From IMG/VR virus record IMGVR_UViG_3300048503_000017: DNA of 30,670 bases; one strand, written 5' to 3'. Origin of the DNA: an uncultured virus (IMG/VR IMGVR_UViG_3300048503_000017) (Duplodnaviria; Heunggongvirae; Uroviricota; Caudoviricetes). The translations under genes and the position numbers were made by a program. The number at the start of each line of letters is the position of its first letter. Position 1 is the stretch's first letter. Under the pieces are notes generated by a model that worked only from the letters and a program-made list of their open reading frames with translations, ran no database searches and was not told the origin of the DNA. This document shows positions 8,209 through 15,007 of the stretch, piece by piece.

Positions 8209-8302
8209 GTGATAGGGGCGTACCGCGCCCACACCTTTTGGTTGCCTCCATTTGCTGTTTCACTTACCTCCAGCCCCGGCCTCAAAGCCGGGGTTCCTTT
8301 TT
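8209..8302 (+). ncRNA. Putative ~95-nt small RNA
   Basis: Promoter directly upstream, 5' hairpin GGGCG/CGCCC, pyrimidine-rich middle with CCTCC (8245) and ACCTCC (8266), intrinsic terminator at the end, no SD-led ORF. Confidence 0.55.
8272..8302 (+). terminator. Intrinsic terminator
   Basis: AGCCCCGGC-ctcaaa-GCCGGGGTT followed by CCTTTTT. Confidence 0.75.
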
Positions 8303-8344
8303 GCCTGTTTCCCACTTTTACACAATCCGGTGTATCCTGCCTAC

Positions 8345-8554
8345 ATGGACACGATTTCCACATGCGATCTGTGCAAATACTGGCAGTGGCGGCTGAGAGA
8401 TGTAAGCCGATCTAAAGAAAAAGCTATCGAAGCCAACACTCAGCGCCAGTTGAACGGATGCTCAACCGAATCAATCGGCGGCTTCCATGATGATTTCCTC
8501 TCAGTGAGACACGCTCTTGTGCGGCATAGACTCTCCGCGCATGGTACGGCATAA
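8345..8554 (+). CDS. Small plus-strand protein (69 aa), possible CxxC...HxxxxH metal binder, leaderless
   Basis: MDTISTCDLCKYW...VRHRLSAHGTA; TATCCT, 6 nt, then ATG. Confidence 0.55.
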   Translation: MDTISTCDLCKYWQWRLRDVSRSKEKAIEANTQRQLNGCSTESIGGFHDDFLSVRHALVRHRLSAHGTA

Positions 8555-8679
8555 TGATTGTCGAAGTCTGGAGCCTCAAGAGAGGTATCATCGACCCACC
8601 AGAGCCGCTGGAACCTGAGCACAGCGCATGGGTTGAAGACCTCTGGTGGAGGCAAAACAACCCCGAAGAGTCTGAGTGA
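8554..8679 (+). CDS. Small acidic protein (41 aa)
   Basis: TAATG coupling to the upstream ORF; MIVEVWSLKRGIIDPPEPLEPEHSAWVEDLWWRQNNPEESE. Confidence 0.5.
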   Translation: MIVEVWSLKRGIIDPPEPLEPEHSAWVEDLWWRQNNPEESE

Positions 8680-8713
8680 ATAAGCTATTGGGGAACGCTG
8701 CGGAGAGAACTTC

Positions 8714-9607
8714 CTATTGCATCTGGGGATCGTTAATTATGTCACTCAGCATCTTGCAGACCTTTACCCCGAACTGGTAGCGGCTTGCAAAGTATTTCGC
8801 TAAACCTGGGTTCCTGGCTTCACCGTCCTTGGAGAACGCGAAACTGAGGGTTCTGTAGAGGATGTACTGAGTTAGGCAGTCCGGCACGATGAAGCCGTCT
8901 CCCCACCCCATAGTCTGCGCCTGCCGCTGCGCGTAGACACACTCCAAGCTAAGATTGTTCCCCATCCTCGGCCAGATGCCGACGTTCTGGATGCCGATTT
9001 TATCCCTAAACCAAACCCTCGGCTGGCTCAACGCCTGCTGGCTCCATCCGTAGAACATCGAATCGAGATTGCTTTGTGAAGTCTCCCTCAGCGGATACGA
9101 CTCGTAAGCCACCCTCACCGGAAACAGCGAATCGGCCGACAGAGCCGTATTCTGAGTCGTTGGGGCCACAACCAAATCCGCGATGTTGTACGCCAGCGGA
9201 ACGTCCGTGTAGAAATCCGAAGTGGCGCTGCTGATGTATGCGATCATCTCCGACTGAGTAAAGAGCGGATCTGTCGGATACCGCACCGGGAACGTGCTTC
9301 CGTTTATCCATTCTCCTGCCGCGTGAGCATTCGCAAAGTTCGCAGTGAAGCTCACACCCACGTTGACAGCCGTAACCGTAACAACTTCGAGGTTCCCCCC
9401 AGTCACTCCGCACACCAACTGAGCGCCGACGTAGAAGCAGACCGTGGGAACCCACACTGCCGGATTGCTGATGGGAATCGTTTGAGAACCGGCTGTGATC
9501 GCGGCAGGAAATTGCTCGTTGACGACAGGCTGGATCAGCGCGTAGCTCGCGTCCTGGAGCCTATCGATCACGCGAAGATAACCTGCTCCAACTGTCGGGG
9601 ATGACAT
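8714..9607 (-). CDS. Head-tail adaptor / tail ring-like virion protein with inserted beta domain
   Basis: FTQSEMIAYISSA helix, IGIQNVGIWP, and C-terminal VPDCLTQYILYRTLSFAFSKDGE...AKYFASRY resemble podovirus adaptor proteins. Confidence 0.65.
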   Translation of the reverse strand: MSSPTVGAGYLRVIDRLQDASYALIQPVVNEQFPAAITAGSQTIPISNPAVWVPTVCFYVGAQLVCGVTGGNLEVVTVTAVNVGVSFTANFANAHAAGEWINGSTFPVRYPTDPLFTQSEMIAYISSATSDFYTDVPLAYNIADLVVAPTTQNTALSADSLFPVRVAYESYPLRETSQSNLDSMFYGWSQQALSQPRVWFRDKIGIQNVGIWPRMGNNLSLECVYAQRQAQTMGWGDGFIVPDCLTQYILYRTLSFAFSKDGEARNPGLAKYFASRYQFGVKVCKMLSDIINDPQMQ

Positions 9608-9909
9608 CAGTCCTCCCAGTCCGACAAATCAACGGTTTGATTTACGAGAGCGTGCGTGCAGTCTCCGAGAAATTGAATCTTGCCGTCTTTTACGAAAGAG
9701 TGACACCGAACATCTTTCCCGTCGCTATCAGTTGCTGAAAAGTTAATGCTCGGCATAACTGTTGGGAGATCTTCATTGCCGTTCCAGTCCCATACGGGCT
9801 CAGGGAGAAGCGCCTGACCGTTGATTTTCACGCGAATGCGGTGGTGGTATCCACACCCAGGGCAACTGAATCCAGCATAGCCCTTATCTGACACGCTCAA
9901 CTTCGCCAT
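9607..9909 (-). CDS. DUF6527-like Cys/His protein
   Basis: FSCPGCGYHH...WDWNGN...PTVMPSI...RCHSFVKDGKIQFLGDCTHAL...TVDL. Confidence 0.8.
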   Translation of the reverse strand: MAKLSVSDKGYAGFSCPGCGYHHRIRVKINGQALLPEPVWDWNGNEDLPTVMPSINFSATDSDGKDVRCHSFVKDGKIQFLGDCTHALVNQTVDLSDWED

Positions 9910-9924
9910 GGAATCATTTTCAAC

Positions 9925-10275
9925 CTAGCGGCTTGTGGAGTCTACTGGAATCGGCCAGAGACCGCGTTCTGTGAGAATTTCCACGTACTCGGCATAGTTC
10001 TTCGGATGGAGACAGGCTTCCATATAGAAGGCGCTGCGCACCAACCTGTAAGCCGCCAAGTATCCGATGTAGTCCTTCTCGTCTAAAAGCCGGTTGAAGG
10101 GGCGAATGGCATCGTAGAACTCTCGCTCACGCTTTTCCTCTGCCCTGCCAGTCTCTTCCAGATTTGCCAAAGCATTCTGCAACATCTCAAGAGTTATAAC
10201 GCAGCAACCAGCCCCCGAATAATAAGGCAGTGATGTTGAAGACCGCGTGATGCCGCCGTAGGTTTCGTTGCTCAT
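9925..10275 (-). CDS. Hypothetical protein, probably leaderless
   Basis: 116-aa co-directional ORF; TATGAT, 6 nt, then ATG. Confidence 0.55.
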   Translation of the reverse strand: MSNETYGGITRSSTSLPYYSGAGCCVITLEMLQNALANLEETGRAEEKREREFYDAIRPFNRLLDEKDYIGYLAAYRLVRSAFYMEACLHPKNYAEYVEILTERGLWPIPVDSTSR

Positions 10276-10339
10276 GCCTACATCATATCGCTATTCTATT
10301 GTTTTGGGGTTCACCTGGCTGCGGCCGCCGTAGGCCGAA

Positions 10340-11035
10340 CTATGCGACCCGAGCAAATGCTCCGTGAAACTCACTAGCAGCCTTGCAGTAAGCAGCATAG
10401 GCCAATTCAGGGGTCGGGAATAGTCCAAGATACACTTTCTTTCCGTTGACGCTAATTTGTGCAGTCCACTTCCCCGTAGCTTTATGCCACGAGACGCCTT
10501 TATAACCACTTTTGTTTGTAACCGGCTTCTTTGTATTCTGCATATTTTGGGCGGAAGATGCAGGTCGGACATTATCCCTTCGGTTGTCGAGAGTATTGCG
10601 ATTCTTGTGATCTGGCTTAATAATTCCAGCAACTTCTCTGTGCATGTAAATATGGGCTTTATGGTTGCCGTCCGCGTGACGAACCGCATAGTAGCAATTT
10701 CCCTTTTTGTCCTGTTTCGCAAACCATTTTGACCTCATCAGCCAGATGTAATCAACCTCATCAACTATGGTCCAGAGTCCGCGAGTGAGAGGGATGAGGC
10801 GGCAATACACTCCGTCTATCTTGAAGGGAAGGGCATCTACAATTATCGGCCTGATTTTGCTTTGATGACCTAGCACGTAGCGGCACGGATAGCCCTGTTT
10901 GACGCCGAATTTACGGCTTGTCATTGTGCAGATTTTCGTCTGCTCGCCACACTCGCAATGGCAGTTGCCGTAACCAACTTTGCAATTAGTTCCGCAAAAT
11001 ATGCATGTTGGTACAATTGCTTCGAGGGGTGTCAT
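10340..11035 (-). CDS. HNH homing endonuclease with C-terminal AP2 DNA-binding domain
   Basis: IYMHRE...DHKNRNTLDNRRDNVRPASSAQN (HNH); SGYKGVSW...WTAQI...KVYLGLF.TPELAYAAY..AA...HGAFA (AP2); N-terminal CHCECG...YVLGH. Start likely ATG 11035 (GGAG SD). Confidence 0.93.
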   Translation of the reverse strand: MTPLEAIVPTCIFCGTNCKVGYGNCHCECGEQTKICTMTSRKFGVKQGYPCRYVLGHQSKIRPIIVDALPFKIDGVYCRLIPLTRGLWTIVDEVDYIWLMRSKWFAKQDKKGNCYYAVRHADGNHKAHIYMHREVAGIIKPDHKNRNTLDNRRDNVRPASSAQNMQNTKKPVTNKSGYKGVSWHKATGKWTAQISVNGKKVYLGLFPTPELAYAAYCKAASEFHGAFARVA

Positions 11036-11095
11036 AGTCGCTCCAATCCAGCGATGAGGCTTGCCGGGAGGTCGCACTCCCTGACACCCTTTATT

Positions 11096-11827
11096 CTACT
11101 CCACGGTCTTAGAATTTACTGCCGATCTTGCCCCATACGCAGACGAGAAAACCAGCGAGTCTAAGCGGTTTTGGAAGAGGCTGAGGGCCTTAACTTCGGC
11201 GAGATATTCCTCGAAAACCACAGACGCCTCTTCTGCTTCTTGACCGCCTTCTTTAGCTCTGAGTTGTGCCGCCGCGTACTTGGACAGCAAATCGGAGAAC
11301 TCACTTTGCAATGGAATGGTCTCATTGCCTGTTAGCGGCCTTGGGGTGTTGATCGGGCAAGCGATGAAGTCAATGACCACGTTAGCCTCCGCGACCAATT
11401 GCGGATAGATGAAGAACCCCGAAACACCCAACGGCCCCCAACCGATGATCTGTGTCCCCGGTGTCATCTGGCCCCAGCCGGGGTTCATCTGATCCAAGCC
11501 ACTCAGAGAGGTCTTCCTAATGGGATATGGCGCTTTCATCCTCAACGGCGCCACAATGCCCACAGGGACCGTAGGGCTCGCGTAGAGGCCCCCTCCTGAC
11601 GCCTGAAGGCTGAACCACGTCGTATTCGCTGCCAAGGTCACCTGGACGCTCACAAGCTGCACTACGCCGGTTATGAGAGACGCTTCGAAGATCCCGTCAA
11701 CCATCGCCGGATAGACCTCGCCGGTCAGCGACCAGAAAATTGGTCCAGATGGAGTAGCCGAAGGCAGGGCCTCCTCAACTCTGGACAGCACATCCGGCAA
11801 CAAATCCGAGAGTACCAGTAGCGCCAC
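11096..11827 (-). CDS. Head-tail adaptor / tail ring-like virion protein
   Basis: DVLSRVEE...FWS, LDQMNPGW, FFIYP, and C-terminal IPLQSEFSDLLSKYAAAQLRAKEGGQE...FEEYL. Confidence 0.65.
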   Translation of the reverse strand: MALLVLSDLLPDVLSRVEEALPSATPSGPIFWSLTGEVYPAMVDGIFEASLITGVVQLVSVQVTLAANTTWFSLQASGGGLYASPTVPVGIVAPLRMKAPYPIRKTSLSGLDQMNPGWGQMTPGTQIIGWGPLGVSGFFIYPQLVAEANVVIDFIACPINTPRPLTGNETIPLQSEFSDLLSKYAAAQLRAKEGGQEAEEASVVFEEYLAEVKALSLFQNRLDSLVFSSAYGARSAVNSKTVE

Positions 11828-11838
11828 GGTTCCCTTTC

Positions 11839-11869
11839 AAAAGCAAAGCCGCCCAATGAGAGCGGCCTT
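11839..11869 (-). terminator. Intrinsic terminator
   Basis: AAGGCCGCTC-tcatt-GGGCGGCTTT followed by GCTTTT. Confidence 0.65.
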
Positions 11870-11875
11870 GACTTG

Positions 11876-11894
11876 GATTCCAAAATTTGGAATC
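11876..11894. repeat. Dispersed palindrome copy 4 (GATTCCAAA-A-TTTGGAATC)
   Basis: 19-bp perfect dyad between a stop codon and a terminator. Confidence 0.92.
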
Positions 11895-12420
11895 AGATGA
11901 TGATTGCCGCCGCACCCATCTTGTCATTTAGCGTCCCGGCAACCCACATATCACTTGTCCTGATGGCGTTCCATTGTTCGACACCGAAATTGTCAGACCC
12001 ACTAACTAAAATCTCTTGAAAAGCACTGCCTCCACCTACATTCGTAACAGTGCTGTCAGAGCCTTCCCAGATGCTCCCTGAATTATTCGTGATGTTGTTC
12101 ATCCTGAGAACAGCGCAAGCAATACTCAGAACGATCTGCGTCCCACTCGGCCAGTTCGATACCGGAGCATCGCCTTCAGATATGCAAGAGAGAACGTTGG
12201 TGCTGGTATTGACTGCATTGACCATCAAGCAGTTCGTCGGACTCGATCCACCAAAACCGAGAACGATGCGGTCGCCTATTTGGTACTGGGAGGCTTTCGC
12301 AACCGGCACGAAGTAGAATCCGTTCGGCTGCTTCAAGTTCTTGAAAGCCGCAGTCAGCTTGTCTCCGAAGAGAGGCTGTGCGGCTCCGGTGATAGTTTGT
12401 AGTCCCCAACTTCTGATCAT
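11893..12420 (-). CDS. Putative virion structural protein (beta-rich)
   Basis: 175 aa, Gly/Ser/Thr/Asn-rich, within the morphogenesis cluster. Confidence 0.6.
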   Translation of the reverse strand: MIRSWGLQTITGAAQPLFGDKLTAAFKNLKQPNGFYFVPVAKASQYQIGDRIVLGFGGSSPTNCLMVNAVNTSTNVLSCISEGDAPVSNWPSGTQIVLSIACAVLRMNNITNNSGSIWEGSDSTVTNVGGGSAFQEILVSGSDNFGVEQWNAIRTSDMWVAGTLNDKMGAAAIII

Positions 12421-12614
12421 GGCCGGTCCTTTTCATCCCACATTGCGTTCCCTGCCTTCGGAGAGAAGAACGAGCACTCTCCTCCACGTGGGTCTGGAAT
12501 CAAATCGAACTCCGTTGACCTGGGGATGGCAGTTGATGGACTGATCTCCGATTCCGGCTGCACAAACCGCCTCTGCACCGTTGCCTGCATGTCTGTCGAT
12601 TGATTCTTCTTCAT
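12417..12614 (-). CDS. Hypothetical protein (65 aa)
   Basis: GGAGGT SD; ATGA overlaps at both ends. Confidence 0.6.
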   Translation of the reverse strand: MKKNQSTDMQATVQRRFVQPESEISPSTAIPRSTEFDLIPDPRGGECSFFSPKAGNAMWDEKDRP

Positions 12615-12985
12615 CTGCGTACCTCCCCTACCGTTACACCGTGAGGCAAAACCTGTCCTGGCGGCGTTTGCCAATTCTCTCGCGGCATCCTCGGCTGGTC
12701 CCAGTTCGACCTGTTCTCATTCAAGACTACACTCGAACATCCGTGATCTTTCTCAAGCCGCTGAAGATGCTGCATACTCTCGACGTGAACCGGCTTCCCT
12801 GTGATCGTTGTCGTCACGAAATCAAATGCGCTCTTGGCTACGTTCGGCAATACTTGGCCACGGCCGTAGAAGCAGTCCGTACAGAGGAAGGCTTGTCTTT
12901 CAGCGGAATACACGAACCCGCCGCCGCTATATACGGTATGCTTCAAGCATCCTTCGTTAGCACAGTAGTTCTTCTTGTATGCCAA
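12611..12985 (-). CDS. Cys-containing (zinc-ribbon-like) protein
   Basis: CANEGC...CTDC; likely TTG start at 12985 behind GAGG. Confidence 0.55.
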   Translation of the reverse strand: MAYKKNYCANEGCLKHTVYSGGGFVYSAERQAFLCTDCFYGRGQVLPNVAKSAFDFVTTTITGKPVHVESMQHLQRLEKDHGCSSVVLNENRSNWDQPRMPRENWQTPPGQVLPHGVTVGEVRR

Positions 12986-13044
12986 ATTCAGTTCCTCGAA
13001 AATCATTATGCGCTGTAGGACCAAGCGGCTTCAATTGAAAACCG

Positions 13045-14028
13045 TTAGCGGTGCATCTGACCCCAAAGCGAGTTGTCGCCGCCTACATTCACTTCGTCGT
13101 TGTAATCCCACTGCACAGCTTGCTGTTCCAGACCCTCGTCGGCGTTCTCCATCTCAAGAAGGTCTTTCTCGAATTGCTTCTCCTTGTTGGCCGCAACCGT
13201 AATCGCCGTCATTGGGTCGTAGTAAGTGTTCTGCTTGGGTCGATACTGAAGAGCATCCGCAATCGCCCCGGTCACCACAAGGTCTGACCTGATCCACGCC
13301 TGCGGTGAGTCGCTATCGAGAATCATGTTCGGCGGTTGTGTGTAAGCCTCAAATGGGAAGGTCTGAGCCGCATACGGAGAAGGCCACACTTCGACCTGAA
13401 ACTGTCCGTCTGGGGTCGGAGGCCGCGTAGCCATCGTTGTAGCCCAACCCATAGACGCTCGCCATTGGTCACGAGCTTCAAGTACCTGGACAGGGACACC
13501 AATCTCTAAGGGCCAACCGAACAAGGCGTTTGACGCCCATTTCAGCCTCTTAACATTTGCCCCGAAACTTATGTAAACCTCTAAAATGTAATACGCGCCA
13601 CTGAAGCTCGGTCCTGGGTATGGAGTGTCTAGCGTCAACTGCTGCAACCCTGGATTGACGAAGACGATGGTTTGGTAAGGCTGTGTGAACGTCTGCCGGA
13701 ACTGAAGCCCAACAAGAGCAGGAGTCCATGCGGTCCCGATCCCCTGAACGATGTTGCTGTTGTAGGTGACCGTGCAGGTTCCCGTGGTCTGGATGTTGGG
13801 GACATTCGCTACGCCGCGTACCTTGGTCGCATACCACGATCTGCGGTCGATGATCTGCCGCATCCGGTTATTCACCATGCGGCCAGCTACTTCGGAGTCT
13901 ACGTTCGAATTCCAGTTCGTGACTTCACGAAGCATGGTGCCAAAATTTGACTGCACCGAAAACGCTTGGCTGTACGGGCTACTTCCGACTTGGAAGGGAA
14001 ATAACGGCGATGTCAGGACTACAGGCAT
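13045..14028 (-). CDS. Head-tail adaptor-like virion protein with inserted beta domain
   Basis: FGTMLREV...RMVNNRMRQI.....W start, insert TGTCTVTYNSNIVQGIGTAW, VEVWPSP, DLVVTGAIADAL...FEKDLLEM. Confidence 0.65.
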   Translation of the reverse strand: MPVVLTSPLFPFQVGSSPYSQAFSVQSNFGTMLREVTNWNSNVDSEVAGRMVNNRMRQIIDRRSWYATKVRGVANVPNIQTTGTCTVTYNSNIVQGIGTAWTPALVGLQFRQTFTQPYQTIVFVNPGLQQLTLDTPYPGPSFSGAYYILEVYISFGANVKRLKWASNALFGWPLEIGVPVQVLEARDQWRASMGWATTMATRPPTPDGQFQVEVWPSPYAAQTFPFEAYTQPPNMILDSDSPQAWIRSDLVVTGAIADALQYRPKQNTYYDPMTAITVAANKEKQFEKDLLEMENADEGLEQQAVQWDYNDEVNVGGDNSLWGQMHR

Positions 14029-14036
14029 CTAGGCTC

Positions 14037-14264
14037 CTAGCGCCCGCTGGAGCGAGCCTTCTTCTTGCGCCATGTTTGATCTGCGACCTTGCCGCGAGGA
14101 AGGGTCTTACCGGGCGCTCCACTGTCATACCGCTTATTGTTGGCCCTTACCGTCTCGTTGTAGTTTGTATTGCGAGGACCGTCTTTCTCAATCTGATGGA
14201 GTTCTGTACCAAACGGCTTCAAGGCTCTCATCTTCGGACTCGCGCTGATTGTTTGGGTCGCCAT
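14037..14264 (-). CDS. Basic microprotein (75 aa)
   Basis: Tightly packed ORF ending WRKKKARSSGR. Confidence 0.7.
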   Translation of the reverse strand: MATQTISASPKMRALKPFGTELHQIEKDGPRNTNYNETVRANNKRYDSGAPGKTLPRGKVADQTWRKKKARSSGR

Positions 14265-14266
14265 GA

Positions 14267-14374
14267 CTACGACCGTCCCTTCTTCATCCCACGCATCATC
14301 TTTCCGGTTGGCTTCTTCTCGCCCCGCATGATCTTCGAACCGCGTGAACCCTTATTCTCGCTGCAACGCTTCAT
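14267..14374 (-). CDS. Basic microprotein (35 aa)
   Basis: Manual translation: MKRCSENKGSRGSKIMRGEKKPTGKMMRGMKKGRS; GAGGAG SD. Confidence 0.7.
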   Translation of the reverse strand: MKRCSENKGSRGSKIMRGEKKPTGKMMRGMKKGRS

Positions 14375-14376
14375 GG

Positions 14377-14559
14377 TTAGCTCCTCGCTTTCATTCTCTT
14401 CTTCGAACGGACCTTCCCGCCCTTCCGCAAACTGGCAAGGTTGGTGATCGGGCTAAGCACTCTTAGCCATGTCGGGACTCAACCACCACTCTTTTTTCCC
14501 TGCTTGCCTTGTGGTGATTTCATCCTATCGTTGTCGCTCCAATTGCCGCTGTCTGCCAT
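14377..14559 (-). pseudogene. Basic microprotein interrupted by in-frame TGA (readthrough, pseudogene or sequence error)
   Basis: MADSGNWSDNDRMKSPQGKQGKKSGG*VPTWLRVLSPITNLASLRKGGKVRSKKRMKARS; GAGGT SD; TGA at 14479-14481. Confidence 0.55.
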
Positions 14560-14561
14560 GA

Positions 14562-14711
14562 CTACCTCGATTCCTTGCCGCGCTTCTTGTTTGTCAAAGT
14601 CATTCCCGACCGCTTCATCAACCGCTCTACAGGCTTACGCTTGTTCGCCGGTATAACCCTTTCATTCTCATGGGCGACAATCAACACCGGCTTGTTCTTT
14701 CTCGTCGCCAT
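14562..14711 (-). CDS. Basic microprotein (49 aa)
   Basis: Manual translation: MATRKNKPVLIVAHENERVIPANKRKPVERLMKRSGMTLTNKKRGKESR; TAATG coupled to the upstream ORF. Confidence 0.7.
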   Translation of the reverse strand: MATRKNKPVLIVAHENERVIPANKRKPVERLMKRSGMTLTNKKRGKESR

Positions 14712-14935
14712 TACTTCCTCGGCTTTACTCTTGACTTCCGTGCCTTGACACGCCCACCCTTTTTGAAACTTACGGGCGTGATCCTGTCACTGGCAGACCT
14801 ATCCATGAGGCTACTTCCTTCTGAACTCAGAGTCCGTCCAGCCGCCTTCAAACCTTCTTTCCACTTTCGATCTTGTTTTGAAGCAGGGCTTGTACTTGCA
14901 TTGCCTGGATTTACTCCATCGCCGCCATCAGGCAT
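14711..14935 (-). CDS. Basic microprotein (74 aa)
   Basis: GAGGAG SD; ends SFKKGGRVKARKSRVKPRK. Confidence 0.7.
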   Translation of the reverse strand: MPDGGDGVNPGNASTSPASKQDRKWKEGLKAAGRTLSSEGSSLMDRSASDRITPVSFKKGGRVKARKSRVKPRK

Positions 14936-14949
14936 ATCGTGCTCCTCTC

Positions 14950-14986
14950 AAAACGAAAGGGGCAGGGCCTAAACCCCGCCCCTTCG
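14950..14986 (-). terminator. Intrinsic terminator after capsid-associated genes
   Basis: GAAGGGGCGGGG-tttag-GCCCTGCCCCTTTC followed by GTTTT. Confidence 0.7.
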
Positions 14987-15007
14987 GTTAATCGCCCATA
15001 GAGGGCC

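Noticed and set aside
11163..11177. AAGCGGTTTTGGAAG, similar to the 17-bp leader repeat
   Set aside because: Opposite orientation and inside coding sequence (LFQNRL); probably coincidental.
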